Positions 30,143-41,897 of a DNA stretch of 64,000 nucleotides are shown here, piece after piece (the first letter of the stretch is position 1; each line of letters opens with the position of its first letter). The DNA comes from an uncultured Planctomycetaceae bacterium (GTDB lineage Bacteria; Planctomycetota; Planctomycetia; Pirellulales; Thermoguttaceae): NCBI GenBank assembly GCA_964436865.1, contig CAYTFK010000002.1:20890-84889 (forward strand), read 5' to 3'. The position numbers were made by a program, and so were the translations under genes. The notes beneath the pieces were generated by a model. It was not told the origin of the DNA. It searched no databases and was given only the letters and a program-made list of their open reading frames with translations.

Positions 30143-31333
30143 TCAGTCCGGGGCTCCAAGGAAGCCTTCGTGAAAGAACACGGGCTTGTAGCCGTGTTCG
30201 GTGACCCAGCGAATCGCTGTGTCCAGACGTTGGGCATGATCCGGGATGTAGTTTCGATAGAACGGCCAGAAATACTGTTCATGGGTGAACAGGTCGAAGA
30301 TCTCCGCGGTGTTCGGGTCCTGGATCTGCGGCTCAAGCGTGGGAACCGTTCGGTCGACCGGCACGTTGTTGCAGATGATGTCCACCCGGGAAAAGACGAT
30401 CCCGGTGGAGAAATCCATCCAAGCATCGTGGCGCGAGAGATATTCTGAGACCACGTCGTCGAAGCGGTAGTTCACGTCGTAGACGCCGTTGATCTTCGCG
30501 AAGTAGCCACTGAGCGCTTTGACTCCGCGAGTCGTCAGCGGCTCGAGGGCCGACTGTCGCGTCATGCCCCAGTGGATCACAGTGGGCGGGGCGTACGTTT
30601 CCGGACCGGCGAAGCGATCGATCTCCGCGGCAACCTGGTCGAGGTCGGCCAGGAGCTTCTCCGCGGGCGCGTCCTGGTAGGGACGATCGGGATCATTGGC
30701 ATGGGCGTGGAAAGCCAGCTTGAGCCATCCCGACAGATCCTGCCACTGGCCCCGGTAGCGGTCGGGAAACTGCGGCAGGCTGAAGTCGTCGCCGGTTGTG
30801 TAGTAGATATTGACGGTGAATTTCACTCCGTATCGGGCGTTCAGGTCGCTCAGCATCTTGAGATACCAGCAGTCCAGGAGCGACCGGTAGTTCTTCTGCG
30901 CGATGTCGCGGAGGAAGAAGCTATTGTCGTCGATCGAGAAGCGGTAGCGCGGAAAGGAATGGCGGTCCCAGCGCACTCTTGCTTGGGCCTCGCTGCGGCC
31001 TGCCTCGCCTTCGGCCACGGCCGCGATGTCGGTCACTTTGTCGGTGAGCACCACATCGGCAAAGAAACGGTCATTTTCGCGCCGCGCGGGCTGGCCGTTA
31101 ACCGTCACGCGATCGCCGCTCGGGGCGGTGCCCGAAACGCGGATCTTCAAGCCGCTGTCGACCGCTTCGCCATGCCGCCGGTTGAGGACCGCGCCGGAGA
31201 AGGGCTCGGTAATCCGTATCCTGTTATCCGACTGGTCTAACATGGCAGCCATGGCGCGCAGCGGCACAGAATACGGAACACAACCGGCCATCGCAGCGGC
31301 TGCGGTCTGGAGAAAATGGCGACGTTGGAGCAT
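30143..31333 (-). CDS. Tat-signal exported protein, unknown function
   Basis: The internal ATG at 31333 gives MLQRRHFLQTAAAAMAG (twin-arginine motif). The longer track ORF would overlap purM and its extension is not protein-like. Confidence 0.62.
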   Translation of the reverse strand: MLQRRHFLQTAAAAMAGCVPYSVPLRAMAAMLDQSDNRIRITEPFSGAVLNRRHGEAVDSGLKIRVSGTAPSGDRVTVNGQPARRENDRFFADVVLTDKVTDIAAVAEGEAGRSEAQARVRWDRHSFPRYRFSIDDNSFFLRDIAQKNYRSLLDCWYLKMLSDLNARYGVKFTVNIYYTTGDDFSLPQFPDRYRGQWQDLSGWLKLAFHAHANDPDRPYQDAPAEKLLADLDQVAAEIDRFAGPETYAPPTVIHWGMTRQSALEPLTTRGVKALSGYFAKINGVYDVNYRFDDVVSEYLSRHDAWMDFSTGIVFSRVDIICNNVPVDRTVPTLEPQIQDPNTAEIFDLFTHEQYFWPFYRNYIPDHAQRLDTAIRWVTEHGYKPVFFHEGFLGAPD

Positions 31334-31466
31334 GCTGATTCTCCTGTTTTCAACACGATACCGCCGCCGGAGGGCGGCTGCAAGCGTGCCGGCGACGGGA
31401 CGCGAACGACTTCCGGGCGGTGCAACGCGCCCGACGTACATGGGCAATTGGCGTCGTGCCCGTCTG

Positions 31467-32531
31467 TCAGCAGTTAAAGACGACGCGTCGGGAACCTTCC
31501 ACAGCGCGGCCGATGGGCCAGCTTTCCACGCCGCAGGCAGCAAGCTGGCTGCGGATGCTCTCGGCAAAGAAGCGGCTGACCACCAGCACCATGCCGACGC
31601 CCATGTTGAAGACGCGATCCATTTCAGCCTGCTCGACGTCGCCGAGGCGCTGAAGCCAAGTGAACACCGGCAGCACGGGCCAGCTTCCACGATCGATGAC
31701 GATCTGCACGCCCTCGGGTACGATCCGCTCGAGGTTTTCGCACAGCCCGCCGCCCGTGATGTGTGCGATGCCGTGTACGACGTTTTTCACCGTGTAGTGG
31801 TTCAGCACGCTCCGCACCGGTCGGACGTAGATTCGCGTGGGCGTCAGCAGTGCTTCACCGGCCGTCGCACCGAGTTCATCCACAAAATCGTGGGGCTTGA
31901 GCCCGGCGATGTCGAAGACGATTTTCCGGGCGAGGCTGAAGCCGTTCGAATGCAGCCCCATCGAGGCCAGACCAAGCACAACGTCATCCGGCGCAATACT
32001 GGCGCCGTTGATCAAGTTGGAACGCTCGACCACCCCGACACAGAATCCGGCAAGGTCGTAGTCACCCGGAGCGTAGAGATCGGGCAGAATGGCCGTTTCG
32101 CCGCCGATCAAGGCGCAATCGCTCTCGAGGCATCCGGCGGCAACGCCCGCGACGATTTGTTCCAGAAGCGGCGGATCGTCTTTCGGCATGGCGACATAAT
32201 CGAGGAACAGCAGGGGCTCGGCCCCGCAGCAGAGGGCATCATTGACGCTCATCGCCACCAGATCGATGCCCACGGTGTTGTGAATGCCCACTGCCGCCGC
32301 CACCTTCAGTTTCGTGCCGACGCCGTCGGTGCAGGCCACCAGCACCGGTTGCCGGTAGTTGCGGGCGAAGAGCGGGCTGGCGAAGTCCAATTGAAACAAG
32401 CCCGCGAATCCTCCCTCAAGCGGCAACACACGAGGTGAGAACGTGCGGTGGATCAACCGCGGCAGACGCTCCATGGCGTCGCGGTACTGCTCGAGATCCA
32501 CACCGGCGTCTTTGTACGTCGCTTTGGCCAT
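31467..32531 (-). CDS. purM: phosphoribosylformylglycinamidine cyclo-ligase (AIR synthetase)
   Basis: YKDAGVD N-terminus, TDGVGTK, and the [23 protein letters not shown]-like motif. Confidence 0.92.
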   Translation of the reverse strand: MAKATYKDAGVDLEQYRDAMERLPRLIHRTFSPRVLPLEGGFAGLFQLDFASPLFARNYRQPVLVACTDGVGTKLKVAAAVGIHNTVGIDLVAMSVNDALCCGAEPLLFLDYVAMPKDDPPLLEQIVAGVAAGCLESDCALIGGETAILPDLYAPGDYDLAGFCVGVVERSNLINGASIAPDDVVLGLASMGLHSNGFSLARKIVFDIAGLKPHDFVDELGATAGEALLTPTRIYVRPVRSVLNHYTVKNVVHGIAHITGGGLCENLERIVPEGVQIVIDRGSWPVLPVFTWLQRLGDVEQAEMDRVFNMGVGMVLVVSRFFAESIRSQLAACGVESWPIGRAVEGSRRVVFNC

Positions 32532-33175
32532 AGGGACTCGCGGGCACTCCAACCGACTGCCAGTCAACAGAGAAGCCGGTTATTGAATCCGCCTATCAGG
32601 GGTCCACGCCTCTCCCTGACAGAGGTTTGACATCCACCCCTGAAGGCAGCGGCAAAGGCCGGTATTGTACCCGCTATTTGCAGCCGAGTGAAAGTGGCGA
32701 GGGCCATTCGAGGGGGGATAGTTATGGCTTCAACGACCGGGAACTGGACCATTAGCCGAGGAGAGAATACGAGCCCACCGCGAACGGTCGCAGCAAGATC
32801 TCCAGCTTGCCCAGTCGGGTGAATTTCCTTGACAGTGGGTGGTTCAGTTGGGAGACTGTTGACTTACGAGGCCGCCGCGGCAGGTCAGTGCCCCCTGAAC
32901 GCTTCGGCGACGGCCTGCCCGCCCCGACTTCACCCCACCTGATCGCGTTCTACGGCGCGAGCGGCCATCGAGCGAGAACCGCCTGGCCTGCACGATGCGT
33001 ACGGGGATCGGGTAGCGCGAGGTCGATCGGGGCAAATGTCGTGTAACGGCAAAGCGTGGTTATTGGTTCCGTGGTTAATCGTGCAACACTTTCCAGCGTT
33101 CTCGACCGGGAGACTTGGCTCGTCACTCGAGCCCTCGTTGCACACTCAGGCAGTAGATCGATAAAGGAGACTCGC

Positions 33176-33934
33176 ATGAAGTCAACGGTGGTGTGGAGCA
33201 TGCTGGCGACATTGGTGGCGTTGGCCACGGGGCTTGCCGCGGTGGCCGCGGATCCGCCAGCGGTGCCCAAGGTATCGACGTTCGCGCCGGCGGAGGATCT
33301 GGTTCCGCAGATCGACGAGTACATTAAGGGATTCGACGAAGCGGTAGCGAGCGAGGACGAATACAAGGATGCCGAGAGCACACTCAAGAAGGATGCCAAC
33401 GTGTTCGTGCTCATTGCCGTGGCTCTGGCCCTGCACGACGAGGACAATCAGTACAAACAGGCGGCGCCGGCGCTGATCGAGGCCGGCGAGAAACTGGCGG
33501 CGGCTCAAGGCTACGCCCAGGCCAAGGCGGCCGTGGCCGCGGTGAAGGCCGCCAAGACCGCCAAGGGCGACCCGGCGAAGATTGCCTGGTCGACGAAGCA
33601 CGGTGGCATGACCGAACTGATGCAAGCGGTTCCACTGATTCACAGCCGGCTGAAGCGCTACATGCGCGGCGCTCGGTTCGAGAAGAGTGCCGCTGAAAAT
33701 GCTCAGTACTCGGCGGTGATCGCCGTGGTCGGTCAAGGCTCGATGCCACACGCGGAGGACACCGACAAGCCGACGGAAGTCGCCAAGTGGTACGAATACT
33801 GCGCCCAGATGCGCGACGCTGCCGCGTCGGTCAATCAGGCCGTGCGGGCGAAGAAGCAGGCAGATGCCGAGAAGGCAATGGACGCATTGCAGAAGAGCTG
33901 CGACGACTGCCACTCGATATTCCATCCGGAATAG
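33176..33934 (+). CDS. class II (cytochrome c'-like) c-type cytochrome with long N-terminal extension
   Basis: ATG at 33176 after AAAGGAGA. Signal peptide. Ala/Lys-rich helical body. A single CxxCH (CDDCH) lies 7 residues from the C-terminus, as in four-helix-bundle class II cytochromes c. Confidence 0.6.
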   Translation: MKSTVVWSMLATLVALATGLAAVAADPPAVPKVSTFAPAEDLVPQIDEYIKGFDEAVASEDEYKDAESTLKKDANVFVLIAVALALHDEDNQYKQAAPALIEAGEKLAAAQGYAQAKAAVAAVKAAKTAKGDPAKIAWSTKHGGMTELMQAVPLIHSRLKRYMRGARFEKSAAENAQYSAVIAVVGQGSMPHAEDTDKPTEVAKWYEYCAQMRDAAASVNQAVRAKKQADAEKAMDALQKSCDDCHSIFHPE

Positions 33935-34028
33935 CCGGCACCGCCGAGACAATCGGCAAATTCGATAACGCGATCGTTCGTGGCGACTCCACGGGATCTC
34001 GTTTTCGTTCGACGGACGGCTCGACGAA

Positions 34029-34055
34029 GGGTGGCGGGCAACTGCCACCCTTTTT
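34029..34055 (+). terminator. rho-independent terminator after the cytochrome gene
   Basis: Stem GGGTGGC / GCCACCC, loop GGGCAACT, then TTTTT. Confidence 0.7.
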
Positions 34056-34348
34056 GATTGCGCTCACGGCGGACGCGCGATGATTGACCGCAGCCAGCCG
34101 AAACGAGGATCGTGCCAGCGGCGCTCGATTTTCCCGGCCCGCGGCCAGATGCCGGCGGCGGGAACTGCCAAAACTGTCGTTGCCGCCCGTCTTTGCGCCG
34201 CCGCCAGGACGCGCCTTCTGAGACTGCCGCTCGATATTTGACGCCCCGCGTTCCGAAACAAGGAACAAGCTTTCCATGCCCTCCCAGGGGATGCCACGTT
34301 CTCGCAGCGGGATTGCGGGACTGGCTGGATAAACAGCGGGGTTTGTAA

Positions 34349-36508
<2,160 letters not shown>

Positions 36509-36609
36509 CACCGCCGCCGGCCGCGCCCGTCAAGGCGGAGGCAACCGGCTTCCGCCGAGCGTGGTGCGAGAAGTCCAAGGCAACGACGTTGTCGGATTGC
36601 TGATCGATT

Positions 36610-36655
36610 GGCCGCCCCTGCCGAGCCTCCGCGACAGGGGCGGCCTATATTGTTT
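36610..36655 (+). terminator. terminator-like hairpin after glgX
   Basis: 11-bp stem GGCCGCCCCTG / CAGGGGCGGCC (36610-36645) followed by TATATTGTTT. The U-tract is imperfect. Confidence 0.5.
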
Positions 36656-36770
36656 GGCAAGGCCTACGGCTCGAGGCGCGGTCTTCCGGCAGTACCGCAC
36701 CGCAGACCGGAGGGTGAGTTGCCGAGGGTAACGGTTGTCGGTCATGGGGGGATGCGGTTAGGATAGTTCC

Positions 36771-39700
36771 GTGGGCAATCCTACCCGAAAGTCGCCGCCT
36801 CCCCTCCAGAATTCCATGGATGAATGCCGCCTCGGGCAGCGCCTTCACAGTTTAGCGATCTTCTCCTGCGCCATCTTTTGGGCCGCCGGTGCGGTTCTGG
36901 CGGCAGGGTCTGATGCATCCGCGCCGCAGTCGCCCGATTTCTTCGCCGCGTACGAGGACGACGAAACGAGTCCGGAAGAAAGCCGATTGCGCGAACTGCT
37001 CGAACCGGCGCAGGGCGAGCCTTTCGAAATCGGCAAAGATCGCCGGCGCGACCGCGAGATGAACCGTGTCGCGGGATTCGCCCGCCTGAAGGCCGGCTGG
37101 CCGGGCGGCAAGGCGTGGCGATTCTCCTTCTGGGAAGTCAAGGAACTCGTCTGGCACATTTGGAATGGAAACCGGGGGGTGAGCTTCCGCTACTATCCCG
37201 AGTTCAACCAGGCGTGGGCCGCGTATGCGACAAGCCGCGAAGGATCGGCTCCGCGGCCGGCCAGGTGGGTGTTTGCCGCAGGCGACGGCGATCGCTATCG
37301 GCGATCCGGGATTGGGACTGCGGAGTTGCACTACGCCGACGGTCGGTTGATCATGTCGCGCGGCGACCTTCAATTGCTGAGCGTCCCCTTCGCGGGTCCG
37401 CCCGATGAGGTCTACCTGGAGCTGAACGCATACGTTCGCGGCCTGGATCTGGTCCCTTCGGAGATTCCACCGGCACCACTGGAGCTACCGCCGAGGCCGT
37501 GGCCCCCGGCCAGACTGAACTGGCAACTGCGCGCCCCGGATCGGCGCCCCCAAGACCCGCCAGGTTACACCTGGGCTGAACTGCCCGACGGGACCGTGGA
37601 GCTGAAGGCCGACGCGCGGGCACGCTCTGTATTCGCAGCGACGGAAATCGGCGAGCCCGGATTTCGCGAATACCTGTTCGAAGTCGAAAATGCGACGCCG
37701 GGCACAGGCGTCTTTCTGGCGGATCGCGATGGCAAAGAACGGGCCCGCGTGGCCTTCTTTCGGCATCAGCAGTCGGGCGAGACGACGTTCGGTCTGCAAT
37801 GGCCCGGTGCGAACGACGTGAAGCAGTCGGTGGATGACAGGCGGCAGATCGTTCCGCGGGCCGGTGATCGCCGCTGGCTCCGCCTGGTGATGGCCGCCGG
37901 GGTGGTGAAGTGCTGGACGAGCCTCGACGGGCTCACGTGGAGCCAGGCTTCGCCCACAAGCGAAGGTTGGGAAGGCTCGCCAGGCCAGGCTGGAGTCTAC
38001 TGCTGTACGGCCGACGAGCCGCGATCGATCCGATTGAAGAATCTGGCCATTCGGCCGCTGCCGATCCTGTCGACGCTGGTTCCCGACTCGCTTGTCCGCG
38101 CAGTGCCCCCGTTGACCGGCGCGAGCGACGCCGCGGCATGGGACAAGCTTGTGGCCGATTCGCAACCGCCCGATGTTCCACCGCACCTTTGGCGGCGCGC
38201 GTCCTTGGTTCGCACGCTGATCGACAACGGCAAGCAGCCGATGTCGCAATCGCTGCTCGATGAGTTGATCGAAGATGTCGTCGAGACTTCGCGTGATGCC
38301 GAGTTCCTCGTTCGCTTCCTGACCGAGGTGGCGTTGATCCATTCGCTCAATCGCTGGGAAGACTGTGAACGCTACGAGCGGCATTGGGAGCGTCTGGGCA
38401 AACGATTGGCGCGGTTGGGGCATCCGTCGCCGTTCGCCGTGGTGAGCCCGGCAATGCTCCGCACCGATTTCTGGCACGGCCGCCGACTCTCGGCCTTTCC
38501 CTCTACGCTGCTCAGATATGACCTTTTCTGCCAGGCCGGACTGGAGAATTGGGCGGCCGTATCCGATTACGCCCGGCAAATGCTGTTCTGGAACCGCAGA
38601 AGCCACGAGCATTCGTTGGGGCTTGAATCAGCATGGCACGTGGTCGAGTGGGCCGAGGCGCAGGCGGCGATTCGGGCGCCCGAACATCGGGCAAGTCGGC
38701 GGTCGATCTCGCCGCTGTGGCAAGACGGACTTGTCGAGCACCTGAGCAAGGAGGGCTACAACACGCTGACCGAGTTGCACGCCGCCCTGGAAGGGCAGAC
38801 CTATCGCGAGGCGGCACAGATCATGGGAACGGCCGCGCAAAACACCGAGTTGGGCCTTCTGCCCGATCGGCACGATCCGCGCTTGACTGTCTCGCTGCCG
38901 TTGGCCTTCCAGCAGGCAATTGAACAGCATCCGGCACTACGCGCGGAAATGGAGACGAGTTTCGGGGCCGTGGGGTCGGTCCGGCTGAGCGAGGCCGCGG
39001 TGGCCGGCGACGCCGAGCGGATTGCCGCGATCACGATTCAACTCTACGGCACCTCGGCGGCGGCGGCGGCCCACCAGTGGCTTGGCGACCGGGCACTGGC
39101 TCGCGGCAAGTTCGCGGCCGCCGTGGACCACTTCAAGCAGGCACTGCGAGGCGCCTCGCCGGCCCAGCAAACCGATATCCTCGCGCGGATGCGATTGGCG
39201 GAAGCCTATCTGGGTGACGGGAGTAGCGGGCTGGCGGTGGAAAGTACCGTGCGAGTGGGTACTGGGAGTCTCTCGGCGGGGCAATTCGAGGAATTGGTGA
39301 GTCAGATTCACCAGCGTTGCCGGAAGCAAGCGGAATCGCTTCCCGAAACCTGTCCGAAACCCGGAGAATACATACTCCAGCCATGGGCGCGAATCGATGG
39401 CAGCCGCGTGAAACGCGCCGGCGGCTTGCCCGACCGCGGTCTCGACTGGGCCGCGCGCCAGTCGGGCGTCGTGATTGCCGGTCGTCACATGATCGTGAAC
39501 AACCAGGTTGATCAGGTGGCGTTCGATCTGGCCAGCGGGCGGCAGGCCTGGATTCAGCGGCCTTCGCTGGAGGACAAGGATCAGCAGTGGCCGCTTGTGG
39601 TGATGAAACCAGTGGCTCGCGGCGAAAGGGTGTACGTTCGCCGGCTGGCGAGTGGCGGCCCCGAGGTCGCCTGCCTGGAAACGGAGTCCGGAAGACCTCT

Positions 39701-40562
39701 TTGGGCCGCAAAGCCCGACAGTTACGTGGCATCCGACCCGCTGTTCATCGGCGATGAGCTGCTTGTGTTGTCGTGCACGGCAAGGCCAGGAGAGCGATTG
39801 ACGCTGGCCCTGGTGCACTTGGACGTCGACACGGGAGCCGCGATTGAGCGTTGGCCGATCGCCGACTTTCAGGACCTTTGGAACGGCAGGCTGCACTGTC
39901 CGGCGACAGTCGCAGACCGGCGGATTATCGTGGCGGCAGCCGGTCACGTACTGTGCTGCGATGGCGCAGGGCGGCTCGTTTGGCTGCGGCGGCAGACATG
40001 GATCCGCCCGCCGGGAAGCGACTACTCGCGTGCGCGGTGGTGGATGGAGCAGCACCACAGTCCGCCGCTGGCGTCGGCGGGGGCAGTCTATGTGCTGCAG
40101 CCGGGAAGCTGGGATGTAGAATGTATCGATTTGGAGACCGGCGGCCTGCGTTGGCGGCGGACGCTCGTCGAGCCCAATCGCCTGCTGGGCATCAGCTCAG
40201 GCCGACTGCTCGTGGAAACTGGCGACGGCCTGGAGGCAATGGACGCTGCCAGCGGAGAGCTCCTCTGGCACCGCGACCTGGATGGATTGTGTGGCGCGAT
40301 GCCCGGCCAGGATTCGAGAAACATTTGCTGCGCCACGCTCGTTAAGACCAAGGAAGGAGGCAAGCCTCCCCGGCTCGAACTGGTTTGGCTTGACGCAACC
40401 AGCGGCACGCCCGAACGGACGGCTGCCGTCGACCTGCTCGACTGGCCGGAACCGCTGGCCGGCCCCTTCATCGCGGCGGGCGGCCGAATGTGGGGCCTGT
40501 TTGCCGACCAGGCGGCGCCGGCCCAACGAGAAATCCGTCAACTGGCATTGACGGATGAGTAG
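36771..40562 (+). CDS. 1263-aa signal-anchored protein with C-terminal PQQ/BamB-like beta-propeller
   Basis: GTG start and N-terminal hydrophobic anchor. Two beta-sandwich-like N-terminal modules and a helical middle. C-terminal repeats of the PQQ-propeller type (SGRQAWIQ, ESGRPLWAA, ETGGLRWRR, ASGELLWHRD). Confidence 0.75.
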   Translation: MGNPTRKSPPPLQNSMDECRLGQRLHSLAIFSCAIFWAAGAVLAAGSDASAPQSPDFFAAYEDDETSPEESRLRELLEPAQGEPFEIGKDRRRDREMNRVAGFARLKAGWPGGKAWRFSFWEVKELVWHIWNGNRGVSFRYYPEFNQAWAAYATSREGSAPRPARWVFAAGDGDRYRRSGIGTAELHYADGRLIMSRGDLQLLSVPFAGPPDEVYLELNAYVRGLDLVPSEIPPAPLELPPRPWPPARLNWQLRAPDRRPQDPPGYTWAELPDGTVELKADARARSVFAATEIGEPGFREYLFEVENATPGTGVFLADRDGKERARVAFFRHQQSGETTFGLQWPGANDVKQSVDDRRQIVPRAGDRRWLRLVMAAGVVKCWTSLDGLTWSQASPTSEGWEGSPGQAGVYCCTADEPRSIRLKNLAIRPLPILSTLVPDSLVRAVPPLTGASDAAAWDKLVADSQPPDVPPHLWRRASLVRTLIDNGKQPMSQSLLDELIEDVVETSRDAEFLVRFLTEVALIHSLNRWEDCERYERHWERLGKRLARLGHPSPFAVVSPAMLRTDFWHGRRLSAFPSTLLRYDLFCQAGLENWAAVSDYARQMLFWNRRSHEHSLGLESAWHVVEWAEAQAAIRAPEHRASRRSISPLWQDGLVEHLSKEGYNTLTELHAALEGQTYREAAQIMGTAAQNTELGLLPDRHDPRLTVSLPLAFQQAIEQHPALRAEMETSFGAVGSVRLSEAAVAGDAERIAAITIQLYGTSAAAAAHQWLGDRALARGKFAAAVDHFKQALRGASPAQQTDILARMRLAEAYLGDGSSGLAVESTVRVGTGSLSAGQFEELVSQIHQRCRKQAESLPETCPKPGEYILQPWARIDGSRVKRAGGLPDRGLDWAARQSGVVIAGRHMIVNNQVDQVAFDLASGRQAWIQRPSLEDKDQQWPLVVMKPVARGERVYVRRLASGGPEVACLETESGRPLWAAKPDSYVASDPLFIGDELLVLSCTARPGERLTLALVHLDVDTGAAIERWPIADFQDLWNGRLHCPATVADRRIIVAAAGHVLCCDGAGRLVWLRRQTWIRPPGSDYSRARWWMEQHHSPPLASAGAVYVLQPGSWDVECIDLETGGLRWRRTLVEPNRLLGISSGRLLVETGDGLEAMDAASGELLWHRDLDGLCGAMPGQDSRNICCATLVKTKEGGKPPRLELVWLDATSGTPERTAAVDLLDWPEPLAGPFIAAGGRMWGLFADQAAPAQREIRQLALTDE

Positions 40563-40621
40563 ACCCGAAATCCCCCTCCCGCTCGTCGCTGGATGAGGCC
40601 CAACTCAGCATGACATGCGGC

Positions 40622-40650
40622 TTGACACTGGTTTCTGGCCTGACCACAAT
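40622..40650 (+). promoter_or_regulatory. candidate sigma70-type promoter (TTGACA-N17-CACAAT)
   Basis: Perfect -35 at 40622-40627 and -10 at 40645-40650, 35 nt upstream of the ATG at 40685. Confidence 0.4.
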
Positions 40651-40684
40651 CGCTCGGGGCTGCCTGCAAAACCGGAACAGTCAC

Positions 40685-41851
40685 ATGAGGCGAGATTCGG
40701 TCGCCGTGCCGGCGTTGGGCGCGCTGGTGGCGGTGTATTTCGCGTGCGCCGTGGCCCTCGGCGAGGGAGAATGGGAAATAACTGCCGAGAGCGAACGGGC
40801 GCTGGCGGTGGGCCTGGAGTGGATGGCCCGCAACCAGGGTCCCGAGGGGAACTGGACTTCCAACGACCTCGGGTTGGTGAGCACGGGGGCACTGGCTTTT
40901 CTTGCCGCCGGCCACATGCCCGGCCACGGGCGGTATGGCGACAACATTGATCGGGCATTGGATTATGTGCTCCGCAACAGCCGACCCTCGGGTTTGCTCA
41001 ACATCGCCGAAGAGCGCCGCGGTATGTACAACCATGGCCTCTCGACCTTTGTCTTGGGGCAGATCTACGGTACGACGAGCGATCCGCGGATCGGACCGGT
41101 GCTCGACCGTGCGTTGAGGCTTATCTGCCAGACGCAGGCGGGCGACGGCGGATGGGACTACGTTGCGCGGCGGCAGGACCGAGGGCACGACCTCAGTCTG
41201 GCCGTAATGCAGTCGCTCGCCTTGCGAAGCGCGGTCGACAGCGGCCTCGAGATTCCACCTGAAGTCGTGGAACTGGCCATTCAAAGCGTCCGCGAGCATT
41301 ACCTTCCGCAGGGATGCCCGCGCGATGCGGACGAGGAGACGCAACAGCGCCATCCCGGACAGTTCACCTATCAGAAAGGGGGCGGAAACGCCACTGTGGC
41401 GATGGCCGCCGCGGGCGTGGTCTGCCTGCAGGAATTCGGCCAGTACGGCGATTGGCGGATTGAGAAGAACATGGAGGTGATTGCCGAAGCAATCCGCAAG
41501 GACGCCGATCCGGAAAAATGCAGGAAGCAGCGCCGCCCGCCATTCGATGCCTATACGCTCTATTACGTCGCGCAGGCCCTGTACCAGGTTGGTGGAGAGC
41601 ACTGGCGCGAGCATTACCCCCGGCTTCGCGACAGCGTCGTTGCCAGCCAGATCGTCGACGATGATCGCGGCCAGCGCAACGGCATGTGGCAGGGAGAGTC
41701 GCGGGTACCCGGCCGGCCCGGCGATCTGTATCTGACCGCCGTTTGCTGTTTCACCCTGTCGATCCCTAATCGCTATCTGCCCATACTGCAGGAGGGCCAG
41801 ATCGACAGCCTGAAGAAGTTCGGCGGCGGAAACGAAACTGCCGGGGATTAA
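40685..41851 (+). CDS. prenyltransferase / squalene-cyclase-repeat (alpha/alpha-toroid) protein, exported
   Basis: N-terminal anchor/signal. QW-like repeats (RNQGPEGNW, QTQAGDGGWDY) and terpenoid-cyclase-type helical repeat pattern. No DxDD motif. Confidence 0.72.
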   Translation: MRRDSVAVPALGALVAVYFACAVALGEGEWEITAESERALAVGLEWMARNQGPEGNWTSNDLGLVSTGALAFLAAGHMPGHGRYGDNIDRALDYVLRNSRPSGLLNIAEERRGMYNHGLSTFVLGQIYGTTSDPRIGPVLDRALRLICQTQAGDGGWDYVARRQDRGHDLSLAVMQSLALRSAVDSGLEIPPEVVELAIQSVREHYLPQGCPRDADEETQQRHPGQFTYQKGGGNATVAMAAAGVVCLQEFGQYGDWRIEKNMEVIAEAIRKDADPEKCRKQRRPPFDAYTLYYVAQALYQVGGEHWREHYPRLRDSVVASQIVDDDRGQRNGMWQGESRVPGRPGDLYLTAVCCFTLSIPNRYLPILQEGQIDSLKKFGGGNETAGD

Positions 41852-41897
41852 CCCCGGGACACCAGGTACACGGCATAGAGATCCACCCCTTCGCACC

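Noticed and set aside
31334-31690. N-terminal 119-aa extension of the 30143-31690 ORF
   Set aside because: It overlaps the 3' end of purM, has Ala/Ser/Trp/Arg-rich non-protein-like sequence, and the internal ATG yields a clean Tat signal.
32532-32700. ZTP (pfl) or purine riboswitch in the purM leader
   Set aside because: Only a partial TGACTGGCA resemblance on the minus strand. The required CCGCCTGGGC pseudoknot partner and the P1/P2 helices are missing.
32724-32822. 32-codon ORF with a strong GAGGGGGG SD in the long spacer
   Set aside because: Third-position GC is only about half, well below neighbouring genes, and there is no recognisable peptide feature.
32879-32919. SRP RNA-like GGCAGGTCAG stem
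   Set aside because: It lacks the conserved domain IV symmetric and asymmetric loops and the GNAR tetraloop. The apical loop is UUCG.
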